DNA of 64,000 nucleotides from Parvicellaceae bacterium. GTDB lineage: Bacteria; Bacteroidota; Bacteroidia; Flavobacteriales_D; JAUILH01. The notes under the pieces are model-generated. The model was not told the origin of the DNA. It did not search any database and worked only from the letters and a program-made list of their open reading frames with translations. How positions within the stretch are numbered: position 1 is the first letter of the stretch; each line of letters opens with the position of its first letter. Below are positions 35,845 to 44,514 of this stretch, in pieces. A program made the translations under genes and the position numbers. Location of the stretch: assembly GCA_965230535.1 (NCBI GenBank), contig OZ246010.1, positions 2,202,792 to 2,266,791 on the forward strand, in the 5' to 3' direction.

Positions 35845-37937
35845 AGAGAAAGCTTTTTGAAAATAAACTCAGGAACATGCTTAATCACCCACATAATTGG
35901 TCTCCAGACAGCCTTAGTATATACCACACTCTTTTTGCGTTTGTAGGCCTTAAAACAAGCTTGTGCCACATCTTCAGGCATGGCGGTTAAAGGGCCGGGA
36001 GTTTTTAAATCGCCAATCATTTTAGTTTTAACAAAGCCCGGCTTTATGGTTGCTACATGAACCCCATGTTTGACGCAGTGATTTCTTAAGCCCGACAAAT
36101 AAGCTGTAAACCCTGCCTTGGCACTACCGTAAATGTAGTTGCTACCCCTTCCTCTGTCTCCGGCAACAGAAGAAATTCCCAGTATACTGCCTTCCTTACG
36201 TTGTTTAAAGTCTTCTGCAATGATGTTTAATATGGAAACCGCTCCGGTATAATTGGTTTGGATCGAATTGACCGTTTCACTGAGTGTTTTTCTGGCCTTG
36301 TCTTCATCCGGAAGCACACCAAAAGCACAAATAACCACGTTGGGTTTTCGCGTGAGCTTTTGGTAAAAGTCTGCATGGCTATTCATGTCGCAAGCATCAA
36401 AATAAACGATCTCTTTGTCGCCTGAAATAGATGAGCTCCATTTCTCCATAGCTTCAAGATTACGACTCGCCAGGGTGAGTGAATATCCTTTTTCGGCAAA
36501 CAGCTTAGCACAGGCCTGAGCCATGTCTGAGTTTGCACCCAGAATCAATACATTTTTCATAAACGACTTTGATTGTGTGTGTGGTTGTTCTGTATTTAAT
36601 AGGTTTAATCTTAAGGCCAGATCCGAATTGAAAACGCCCTTTGGATTGTGTTCCTGTATTACCTTTTGAAAACGTGGCAACTCAGGATAAGAGTTCTTAA
36701 AAGTCTCGGCAGACATGCGCGCATCTTTTGCCAGATAAATCCTTCCTCCCAGCTCAAGCACCATCTTATCTAGCTCATCCAAAAGGGCATGCGTTTTACT
36801 ATTGATTTTGATGTCCAAAGCCAGGTTAAGCCCTTCAAGAGGAAACGCCAGATAGTTCTCCTGTCTTTCTGCTCCAAACATTTTAAGAACCGATAAGAAG
36901 CTTGCCGTTCCTGATGAGGCAATCTTGTCAAGAATTTGTCTCATACCCTCAGAAGCCCTGTCTGTTGGCAAAACAAACTGGTACTGAACAAACCCCTTTC
37001 TTCCATAAATTTTATTCCAATGGTGAATGCCATCAAGCGGGTAGTAATAAGGGTCGTAATGCACAATGGCATCCTTTTCTTTCGACAGTTGCTTGTTGTA
37101 GTATAGCCAGTTAAAAATCTTTACGCTGAGTTTGTTTAAGACAAAAGGAGGAAAGAAAAAAGGCACAGATAAACGTCCTTGCTTATGTAGTTTTAAAGGG
37201 TCTTTTTTCTGTTTAGGGCTGAGATCTTTCAGGCTGGCATGTTCGCCCAAATAGAGCACAGATCGCCCAAGTTTTTTGCCTTTTTTTAAGCAGTCTATCC
37301 AGGCCACAGAATAAGTGTAGGAAGCCGTTTTGTTCATTTGATCTATGGCTTCTTCCAGAGACAAACATTTAATGGCTTTGAGTTTGATGTAAGCTGTTTC
37401 AACCTTTTTTAAACGAAGAAACACATCCTGAATAAAACCGGTAATTCCCATGCCGCCCATGGTGGCCCAAAACAAATCGCTGTTTTTGTCAGAAGAGCAA
37501 AAGACAGTTTCACCGTTTGCCAAAACCAAATTAAAGCCTTCTACCCATGCTGAAATGTTTCCATCAATATGGTGGTTTTTGCCATGAATGTCCGCAGCCA
37601 AAGCGCCAGCCAATGAAACAAACTTAGTACCTGGCGTTACGGGCAAGAAGAAACCTTTTGGCACACAAAACTCAAGTATTTCGGATAACAACAGGCCACT
37701 TTCACAATGCAATATCCCGGTTTTTAAGTCCAGAGAATGAATTTTTTTAAAAGCTGTTGCCTCCAGGCTTTGGGCATAGTTTGAGGCATCTCCATAACTT
37801 CTTCCGTTCCCTCGAATGTTTACTGAGTCCTGTTCATGAAGAAAAGGCGCCAACTCTGCTCGCGTGCTCACTTTTTTGTGCCACGCCTTTTTCATGGGGA
37901 ATAGTCCCCAACCAGATATGTTCTTTTTATCCGCCAT
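35841..37937 (-). CDS. fusion protein: DprE1-like FAD-dependent oxidase + DprE2-like short-chain dehydrogenase/reductase
   Basis: N-terminal FAD_binding_4/PCMH region with IRGNGRSYGDAS (compare M. tuberculosis DprE1 RGLGRSYGD). C-terminal SDR with VLILGANSDMAQACA (nucleotide-binding turn) and YGSAKAG (YxxxK). The ATG at 37935-37937 overlaps the UbiA gene stop by 11 nt. Confidence 0.8.
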   Translation of the reverse strand: MADKKNISGWGLFPMKKAWHKKVSTRAELAPFLHEQDSVNIRGNGRSYGDASNYAQSLEATAFKKIHSLDLKTGILHCESGLLLSEILEFCVPKGFFLPVTPGTKFVSLAGALAADIHGKNHHIDGNISAWVEGFNLVLANGETVFCSSDKNSDLFWATMGGMGITGFIQDVFLRLKKVETAYIKLKAIKCLSLEEAIDQMNKTASYTYSVAWIDCLKKGKKLGRSVLYLGEHASLKDLSPKQKKDPLKLHKQGRLSVPFFFPPFVLNKLSVKIFNWLYYNKQLSKEKDAIVHYDPYYYPLDGIHHWNKIYGRKGFVQYQFVLPTDRASEGMRQILDKIASSGTASFLSVLKMFGAERQENYLAFPLEGLNLALDIKINSKTHALLDELDKMVLELGGRIYLAKDARMSAETFKNSYPELPRFQKVIQEHNPKGVFNSDLALRLNLLNTEQPHTQSKSFMKNVLILGANSDMAQACAKLFAEKGYSLTLASRNLEAMEKWSSSISGDKEIVYFDACDMNSHADFYQKLTRKPNVVICAFGVLPDEDKARKTLSETVNSIQTNYTGAVSILNIIAEDFKQRKEGSILGISSVAGDRGRGSNYIYGSAKAGFTAYLSGLRNHCVKHGVHVATIKPGFVKTKMIGDLKTPGPLTAMPEDVAQACFKAYKRKKSVVYTKAVWRPIMWVIKHVPEFIFKKLSL

Positions 37938-38793
37938 AAATAATGACACCAAATGAAACGACCCACAATACAATTATGATTTGGAGCAATCGATCGTCAT
38001 ACAAAACCTGGGTAGGCTTACCGGATACGTTCTTTTTGTAAATGAGCCAGTAGTACCTCAACAAGCCAAGCGCCACAAAAATGGTGGTGATGGGTACCAT
38101 GTTTCCAATTCTGTCCTGAATGGATGATGACAATGTGTACAACAAATAGAACAGCAAGGTGAGAAATGAGCTCAGAATAATGCCCACATTAATCATAGGC
38201 ATGGAGTACAAACTGATGGATTTACGAGTCTCTTTTCCCTGTTGTTGAAAGAGGATGTAGTCGTGTCGCCTTTTTGCAAAGGCAAGGAAAAGCGCCAGAA
38301 AGAAAGTAACGATGATGATCCAAAATGACAAGGGGACATCTGCTACCATACCTCCGCTGATAATTCTGATGATAAAACCAATAGATATGATGATGACATC
38401 CAGAATTGGAAAGTTCTTGAGGCCTGCTGAATAGGCCAGATTCATTCCAAAATAACCGAGAATGATCATGGCAAATTTGATGTCGATGAGTCCGCCTAAT
38501 ACAATGGCAGAAGACAGGAATAACAAAACCAACCTGAATACTTTCTCCATATTGATTTTTCCGGAAGCAATTGGTCGGTTCTTTTTTTCGGGGTGCATTC
38601 TGTCTACCGGTGCATCAAACCAATCGTTCATGATATAAACAGCACTTGCTGCCAAAGAAAATGCAGCAAATCCACCAACGAGATTTAGAATCAGCTCTCC
38701 GGTCCACTCAACAGAAGCAAAAAATGCAGGAAAAAACATAAAGCCGTTTTTAATCCATTGCTTGGGTCGTATGAGTGTGATAAGATCCTTCAA
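37927..38793 (-). CDS. UbiA-family prenyltransferase, decaprenyl-phosphate phosphoribosyltransferase-like
   Basis: RPKQWIKN N-terminal motif, an Asp-rich NDWFDAPVDRMHPEKKNRPIASG motif and about 8 TM segments. The TTG start (38791-38793) directly follows the upstream TAG. Confidence 0.85.
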   Translation of the reverse strand: MKDLITLIRPKQWIKNGFMFFPAFFASVEWTGELILNLVGGFAAFSLAASAVYIMNDWFDAPVDRMHPEKKNRPIASGKINMEKVFRLVLLFLSSAIVLGGLIDIKFAMIILGYFGMNLAYSAGLKNFPILDVIIISIGFIIRIISGGMVADVPLSFWIIIVTFFLALFLAFAKRRHDYILFQQQGKETRKSISLYSMPMINVGIILSSFLTLLFYLLYTLSSSIQDRIGNMVPITTIFVALGLLRYYWLIYKKNVSGKPTQVLYDDRLLQIIIVLWVVSFGVIIYGG

Positions 38794-40464
38794 CTAGTCT
38801 ACTTCTATGGTGTAAAAATATGAATTGCGACTTGGGAAATAAATTACCCCGCTAATTCCACACGAAAGTAAGTATTTGCCCGGCTTATTTGGTGTGGGAA
38901 TACTAAGTTTTAATGTAGAGTCGAGTAATTCGTTACTCATGTTAATATTTGGAAAGCAAGTCAGCACAACACTTTTTTCCTGAATCCATGTGAACGCTAA
39001 ATTAGGCGTAATATTATCTCTTGGTGACCAATTGTGTTCGTGTTCCGGGTTTTTATTGACAATGGAAACGCTGATGTCCAGATTATCTGTGGACTGAACT
39101 TTATCGGGGGAACCTATGTCCATCCATATGAATTGATATGATCTGAAATCCGGGATTACTCTGAAGCAGATTTCATCTTTCTCGTATGTAAAGAACTCAT
39201 GACAATCATTCTTTTTTCCGCCCACCTCAACGACCGTTTTACCATCGAATTGAAACGACCAGTCCATTAAGTCGAATTGATTACCACGGTAAAAACTCGT
39301 GTTTAGTGAGTGTGAATAGTCGCCAGAATAGAACATGTACAAAGAAGGATTCTGGTACGAGTCGAGGAATACAACCGGCCTGCCATTTGCTTTCTCCTGA
39401 ATAGTGAGCGCCCAATTTTTGTAATAGGCGTACTTAAAATTCAGATTAACCTTATCCTTAAACTGACCAGCAATTAGCTCTATCCTGACAAATAGAATGC
39501 ACAATATGGGAAGGGCGGTAACAGCAAGAATTTTTTTGAAGTTGAGGGTTTCTATAGACTTGTATGATACAATTAATAAAGGTGCATAGGCCAGTGCGCT
39601 CCAGTTGGCTTCAACCTGATTTCTAAGAGAGAGAAGCAGCAGAAAACTGAAAAAAGCAAGAGAAAAATGGAGCATGGTTTTCTGAAAAGAATCCAGAGCA
39701 GAACGTTTCCAGCCAGACTGCCAGGACAACAATAGTAAAGGCAATAGTAAGAGGAGCTGACCACCAATAAAGTAAACAATCCATACCGGATTATAATCTA
39801 CCAGATCTCGATTAAAAAGGTGGAACCTGAAGCTTACCCAGTCGTGGTTATGTTGCCAAATTAAGTGAGGTACGAATAGGGCCAAAGCGCCCAAGGGAAT
39901 AAGATAAAACAGAAGTTGTTTTCGATACCTCAACAAAAGCAGAAACAAGATGCCCAAAAACACCAAAGCGTGGTATTTACTATACAACATACATGCGCCT
40001 ATTACACTCAGGCTAAGTGCCTGCAAGGGTTGGATTTTGTCCTTAAGTTTTGATAGTTGAAGTAAAAACAAACAGGAGAAAAATATCAGGGGTGCATCTG
40101 GAACGGCCAACATAGACCCTGCATGGATCAAAAACAAAGACCCGCATACCAGAGCAAAAATGATGGGCTTTTGTGCCTTGGTGAGCTTGTAAATGATTCC
40201 AAGATTAATGATGTGTGTGAGTATGACCAGCAGACGGACGCCCAATTCATTTTGAAACAGAGAATATCCAAGCTTGATGAAAAGCGCCACCATGGGCGGT
40301 TGTTCAAAGTAACCCCAGCTCAACTCTTTTGTGTACATCCAGTACAATGCTTCATCAGGATGCAGTTCGGTGAAATAAGCCTGAAACAGACAAATAAGCA
40401 GCCATATTCCGGCGATGAACCAAAGTTGCTTGTTTTGAAATGGGCTATTTTGTTCGGTGGGCAT
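38794..40464 (-). CDS. GT-C fold membrane glycosyltransferase (ArnT/PMT, family 39/83-like) with C-terminal soluble domain
   Basis: Polytopic N-terminal roughly 380 aa whose first loop reads HPDEALYWMYTKELSWGYFEQPPM (acidic DE motif). The C-terminal roughly 175 aa are non-membrane. Confidence 0.8.
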   Translation of the reverse strand: MPTEQNSPFQNKQLWFIAGIWLLICLFQAYFTELHPDEALYWMYTKELSWGYFEQPPMVALFIKLGYSLFQNELGVRLLVILTHIINLGIIYKLTKAQKPIIFALVCGSLFLIHAGSMLAVPDAPLIFFSCLFLLQLSKLKDKIQPLQALSLSVIGACMLYSKYHALVFLGILFLLLLRYRKQLLFYLIPLGALALFVPHLIWQHNHDWVSFRFHLFNRDLVDYNPVWIVYFIGGQLLLLLPLLLLSWQSGWKRSALDSFQKTMLHFSLAFFSFLLLLSLRNQVEANWSALAYAPLLIVSYKSIETLNFKKILAVTALPILCILFVRIELIAGQFKDKVNLNFKYAYYKNWALTIQEKANGRPVVFLDSYQNPSLYMFYSGDYSHSLNTSFYRGNQFDLMDWSFQFDGKTVVEVGGKKNDCHEFFTYEKDEICFRVIPDFRSYQFIWMDIGSPDKVQSTDNLDISVSIVNKNPEHEHNWSPRDNITPNLAFTWIQEKSVVLTCFPNINMSNELLDSTLKLSIPTPNKPGKYLLSCGISGVIYFPSRNSYFYTIEVD

Positions 40465-40469
40465 ATAAA

Positions 40470-40508
40470 AATCAAAAAGTCCCGACCTTGTTTTGGATCG
40501 GGACTTTA
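40470..40508 (-). terminator. rho-independent terminator after tRNA-Cys
   Basis: 10-bp stem AAAGTCCCGA (40476-40485) / TCGGGACTTT (40498-40507), followed on the minus strand by TTGATTTTT. Confidence 0.55.
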
Positions 40509-40512
40509 CTTG

Positions 40513-40583
40513 AGGTCTCGAGCGGATTCGAACCGCTGTAGATGGTTTTGCAGACCACTGCCTAGCCGCTCGGCCACGAGACC
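40513..40583 (-). tRNA. tRNA-Cys (anticodon GCA)
   Basis: The minus strand reads GGTCTCGTGGCCGAGCGGCTAGGCAGTGGTCTGCAAAACCATCTACAGCGGTTCGAATCCGCTCGAGACCT. It has a 7-bp acceptor stem (GGTCTCG/CGAGACC), anticodon loop CTGCAAA, T-arm AGCGG-TTCGAAT-CCGCT and discriminator U (a Cys identity element). CCA is not encoded. Confidence 0.9.
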
Positions 40584-40659
40584 CTAATTGCCTTTTTCCA
40601 CGTGAGGAATATCAATCGGCGGATGGCAAATTTAATATAATTCTAAAAACTAAGCCTGT

Positions 40660-41019
40660 TTACTTAAAGGATTCTTCCCAAATCATCGCAACATGGTCTA
40701 CCTCTCCCCCAATTGGAGCGTTGTACTTGCGCAAAACCAGTCTAAGAGACAAGATATCCGGAAACTCCTTTTTGAGGCTGTCTGACATTCTTTTGATGAC
40801 GGTTTCAATAAGCTTTGCCCTGGTTTTTATTTCTACTTCAACCAACTCCCTCACCTTTACGTAATCAATGGTCTTGTTAAGATCATCCGTCAGAGCTGAT
40901 TCTGTGTAATCATATTCCAAAGACACATCTGCTTCAAACCAGGTGCCTGCCAAAGCTTCTTCATCAAGGCAACCATGATAACCATACACCCTGATTCCGT
41001 TTACCTCAATACGCTTCAT
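40660..41019 (-). CDS. folB: dihydroneopterin aldolase
   Basis: 119 aa with IRVYGYHGCLDEE and TIDYVKV motifs typical of FolB. Overlaps the gltX stop by 4 nt. Confidence 0.85.
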   Translation of the reverse strand: MKRIEVNGIRVYGYHGCLDEEALAGTWFEADVSLEYDYTESALTDDLNKTIDYVKVRELVEVEIKTRAKLIETVIKRMSDSLKKEFPDILSLRLVLRKYNAPIGGEVDHVAMIWEESFK

Positions 41020-42557
41020 TGAGCTGTTTTTAACTGAGAAATGGCCTCAACGCCTGTTTGAATTCTTGAGATTACTTCATCTTTTCCAAGAACCTCACAG
41101 ATCTCAAACATGGATGGTCCTGCTCCTTTTCCACTTACCAGAACTCTAAAGTTTGGCAAAACTCTTCCTAAGCCTAATTCCTTTTCTTCAAGGAAGGCTT
41201 TGAAGCGTGTTTCAATGTTTGCAGCATCAAATGCTTCAATTTCTGAAAGAACACCAGCCAAACTTGTCATTGTCTCAGCTGTGCTTTCCTTCCATTTCTT
41301 TCTTACCGTTTTTTCGTCATACGATTCAGGTGCTTCAAAGAAGAATTTGCCTTCTGTCCAAATGTCCTTAACAAAAGTAGCTCGTTCTTTAACCAGACCA
41401 CAAACGTTTTCGACGAATGATGTTTCACGTGAAACACCGTTTTCTTCTAGTGTTGGGGCGATTAATTCTGCAAGCTCTGTGTTGCTTTTTGATCTCAAAT
41501 ATTGTTGGTTGAACCACTTGGTTTTGTCGTGGTCAAACTTAGATCCGCTCTTCCCTACTCTTTCAAGAGAAAATGCCTCAACAAGTTCTTCCAAAGAGAA
41601 GATTTCCTGATTGGTTCCCGGGTTCCAGCCCAGCATGGCCAGCATGTTGATGAATGATTCCGGGAAATAGCCATCCTCTCTGTAACCGCTGAACGTTTCG
41701 TCTGTTCCCGGAACTTTCCACATGGTTGGGAAAACAGAGAACCCAAGACGATCGCCATCACGCTTACTCAACTTACCTTTTCCATCAGGTCTTAGTAATA
41801 ATGGCAGGTGGGCAAACTTTGGAGCTTCCCAGCCCAAAAATTCATACAACATCACATGAAGCGGAGCAGAAGGCAACCATTCTTCACCTCTAATTACATG
41901 CGAGATTTCCATATGATGATCATCTACCACATTTGCCATATGATAAGTGGGTAAACCATCTGATTTAAATAATACTTTATCATCAAGATTGTTGGTGTTA
42001 ACCACAACCCAGCCTCTGATTTCATCATGAAAACGAATCTCATGATTTCTTGGCATCTTAGCTCTGATAACGTAAGGGTCTCCGTTATCGAGACGCTCCT
42101 TTACCTCATCTTCCGAAAGGCTCAAAGAGTTTTTCATAGAAGAACGGGTGATGTGGTTGTATTGCCACCCCGGAAGGCCAGCTTTTTGAGCCGCCTCTCT
42201 TGCGTTGGTTAAATCGTCAGATGTGTCAAAAGCATAATAAGCATGACCTGAAGCCAGCAATTTTTCAGCATAAGGCTTATAAATATCGCTTCTCTGTGAT
42301 TGTACGTAAGGGCCAAAGTCTCCACCTAATTGCGGGCTTTCATCAGGCGTAATGCCACACCAGTTAAGCGCATCTACAATATAGGCTTCCGCGCCCTCAA
42401 CAAAACGGGTTTGGTCTGTGTCCTCAACTCTTAGAATAAAAGAGCCACCGTGTTTTTTAGCAAATAAGTAGTTATACAAAGCGGTTCTTACACCCCCCAT
42501 ATGTAGTGGGCCTGTTGGACTTGGGGCAAAACGAACGCGTACAGATTTGTTATCCAT
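41016..42557 (-). CDS. gltX: glutamate--tRNA ligase
   Basis: RFAPSPTGPLHMGG (HIGH-type) and GKLSKRDG (KMSKS-type). The ATG at 42555-42557 is preferred over the TTG at 42575. Confidence 0.95.
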   Translation of the reverse strand: MDNKSVRVRFAPSPTGPLHMGGVRTALYNYLFAKKHGGSFILRVEDTDQTRFVEGAEAYIVDALNWCGITPDESPQLGGDFGPYVQSQRSDIYKPYAEKLLASGHAYYAFDTSDDLTNAREAAQKAGLPGWQYNHITRSSMKNSLSLSEDEVKERLDNGDPYVIRAKMPRNHEIRFHDEIRGWVVVNTNNLDDKVLFKSDGLPTYHMANVVDDHHMEISHVIRGEEWLPSAPLHVMLYEFLGWEAPKFAHLPLLLRPDGKGKLSKRDGDRLGFSVFPTMWKVPGTDETFSGYREDGYFPESFINMLAMLGWNPGTNQEIFSLEELVEAFSLERVGKSGSKFDHDKTKWFNQQYLRSKSNTELAELIAPTLEENGVSRETSFVENVCGLVKERATFVKDIWTEGKFFFEAPESYDEKTVRKKWKESTAETMTSLAGVLSEIEAFDAANIETRFKAFLEEKELGLGRVLPNFRVLVSGKGAGPSMFEICEVLGKDEVISRIQTGVEAISQLKTAQ

Positions 42558-42611
42558 GAGAAAAAATTTTGCCAAAGATATGCATCCCGAAATTATTTGA
42601 GACGATTAGCG

Positions 42612-42652
42612 AAAACAAAAAGCCCTCTCATTCATAAAGGAGAGGGCTTTTA
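42612..42652 (-). terminator. rho-independent terminator after the PKD/T9SS protein gene
   Basis: 10-bp stem AAGCCCTCTC (42620-42629) / GAGAGGGCTT (42640-42649), followed on the minus strand by TTTTGTTTT. Confidence 0.6.
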
Positions 42653-42673
42653 ATGAGTCAATCTCTTAATGAC

Positions 42674-44359
42674 TTAGTGCTTGCTAATAGGATAAGTTTT
42701 GAATCCTTTTTTGGCATAAATAGACACAAAGTAGTATCCTGAGCTTAGACTGCTGAGGTCTATTCTGTTGTTAAGTACCCGAATTTCTCCATTAATCAGG
42801 AGTCTTCCCTGCTCATCATGAATAAAGTAAAGCCCGTTTACCAGGTGCTCATTAGCATCAATATACAATGTGGTGTTCACAGGGTTTGGATACACATTTA
42901 CGCCCTCGAAAATGGCCTCATTTACGCCGACATAGCTGACGTTTTCACAATATTGATTCGTACAGCCATTGCTATATATCACATCCAGACAAACATTAAA
43001 TGGTCCGGCTCCGGAAAAAGTATAGGTTGGTGTTTGCTGGGTGGAAGTTCCTGTTCCATCACCAAAATCCCAGGCATAACTCGTAGCAACCGGAGCTCCC
43101 TGAAATTCGGTTTGAGTACCACCCAAATTGTTTAAAGTAAAAGTTGGAATTGGATTAGGTAAAAATGCAAGCGCTACTTCTGTTCCCGGACTTTCACATC
43201 CATTAACGGTTTCTGTAACGTAAACCGTATCTGTTAAGGTGATACCTGAACTAAATGGACTCCCGGTTCCCAAAACCGTGCTTAGGCCCATGTCGTCGTA
43301 CCATGTAAAGTTTGATCCGGACCCGGTAGCTGTTAAATCCAAAGCCGGAGTATATTCACAAACCGGTGCAGGAGGAGTTGAGTTAGGTGCCGCCGGAATG
43401 GCAAAAATGTCAATAGAATGAGTCACGTTGTCTGTACAAAACCCGGTCCACATAAAAATAGTATCCGTTAATGTGACATTATAAGTCCCTGGCGCAGCAA
43501 ACGTGTTGCTGCCATGCTCTGAGTATGGGCTGTTATTCCCATCTCCATAATCCCAGTGATAGCTAATAGGACTGCCAGAGAAAACGTCCTGATTGTAGAA
43601 CTTACTTTTGATGGGTCCTGTTGAAGTATTGTTGAAGTTGACAGGAATACCAACACACCCGGTTCCGGGATTGGAGAATTTGGCATCCATGGTGTAGCTT
43701 ACGAAAGGCTCCATGGTAAAATCAAAATCACCCAAGGCCCATAGGTCAAGGTTTTTTCTCCAGGTACCAATAGGTTCATAGTAACTCGCAGATAAGCCCT
43801 GCCCTGCTCCATCGTTGTTGTCTTCGTCATTACTGGCCAGAAACAGATAGTCTGTATTCATGTTTTCAATAACCAATGCGTAATGTGTATTTAGTACAAC
43901 AGGACTCGAAAAAACAACGTCTCTTTGTGAGTTTGCAGGAAGCGCGTCCACACTAATGGTTTCAGAGGCCAATGGACTTCCCGTTGGTAAAGAGTCTGTG
44001 CCCACTTCATAAATCGAGCATGTAATGTTTAAAACAGGACTGGTCATTCCTGAAGGGTCGAAACTATAGCCATACCATCTAAAACCATGAACGGTGATAG
44101 GCATGCTGGAGGATGCCGCAAACATTTGTGATGCTCTTGAAGAATAAGAACCGTCACTGTACAGAATTTTTGTTTCTGAATTGGATGTTTTGGCCTGAAC
44201 ATAAGCCACAGTATCTACACTACAATTTACAATTGCACGACTATTTTCATGACTCTTTAATGGCCAGTTAATGGACTGGTTAACATGTTTTAGGGGAACT
44301 TGACTAAGGCCAACGGCGGCACTCATAATAAGTGAAGCACTAAGCAGTAATTGTTTCAT
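42674..44359 (-). CDS. secreted protein with two PKD domains and T9SS type A C-terminal domain
   Basis: Signal peptide and PKD signatures (YHWDYGDGN...GTYNVTLT; YAWDFGDGTG...GPFNVCLDV). C-terminus VYPNPVNTTLYI...GYYFVSIYAKKGFKTYPISKH. Confidence 0.8.
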   Translation of the reverse strand: MKQLLLSASLIMSAAVGLSQVPLKHVNQSINWPLKSHENSRAIVNCSVDTVAYVQAKTSNSETKILYSDGSYSSRASQMFAASSSMPITVHGFRWYGYSFDPSGMTSPVLNITCSIYEVGTDSLPTGSPLASETISVDALPANSQRDVVFSSPVVLNTHYALVIENMNTDYLFLASNDEDNNDGAGQGLSASYYEPIGTWRKNLDLWALGDFDFTMEPFVSYTMDAKFSNPGTGCVGIPVNFNNTSTGPIKSKFYNQDVFSGSPISYHWDYGDGNNSPYSEHGSNTFAAPGTYNVTLTDTIFMWTGFCTDNVTHSIDIFAIPAAPNSTPPAPVCEYTPALDLTATGSGSNFTWYDDMGLSTVLGTGSPFSSGITLTDTVYVTETVNGCESPGTEVALAFLPNPIPTFTLNNLGGTQTEFQGAPVATSYAWDFGDGTGTSTQQTPTYTFSGAGPFNVCLDVIYSNGCTNQYCENVSYVGVNEAIFEGVNVYPNPVNTTLYIDANEHLVNGLYFIHDEQGRLLINGEIRVLNNRIDLSSLSSGYYFVSIYAKKGFKTYPISKH

Positions 44360-44514
44360 ACGAGTAACAAATTTGACTTCTTACTACGTAAAATATGATG
44401 AAAGGTTTTGCTCTTAGGCAACACATGTGGTATTTTTACATAGAAAGTTCGCAACAAAGCACTGAAAATATGCGTTTAAGTGAACACAGCTAACCTTAAG
44501 GTGTAGTGTTAATC

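Noticed and set aside
29000-40583. I considered a genomic island integrated at the 3' end of tRNA-Cys that carries the DPA-like operon.
   Set aside because: I saw no integrase, recombinase or transposase gene. I also saw no direct repeat of the tRNA 3' segment downstream, and no obvious compositional break by eye.
40123-40587. A 154-aa plus-strand ORF spanning the 5' end of the GT-C gene, the terminator and tRNA-Cys.
   Set aside because: It reads through a tRNA gene and a terminator hairpin and is antisense to a well-supported membrane protein gene.
41110-41610. A 166-aa antisense ORF inside gltX.
   Set aside because: gltX motifs are clear on the minus strand. The antisense ORF has no supporting features.
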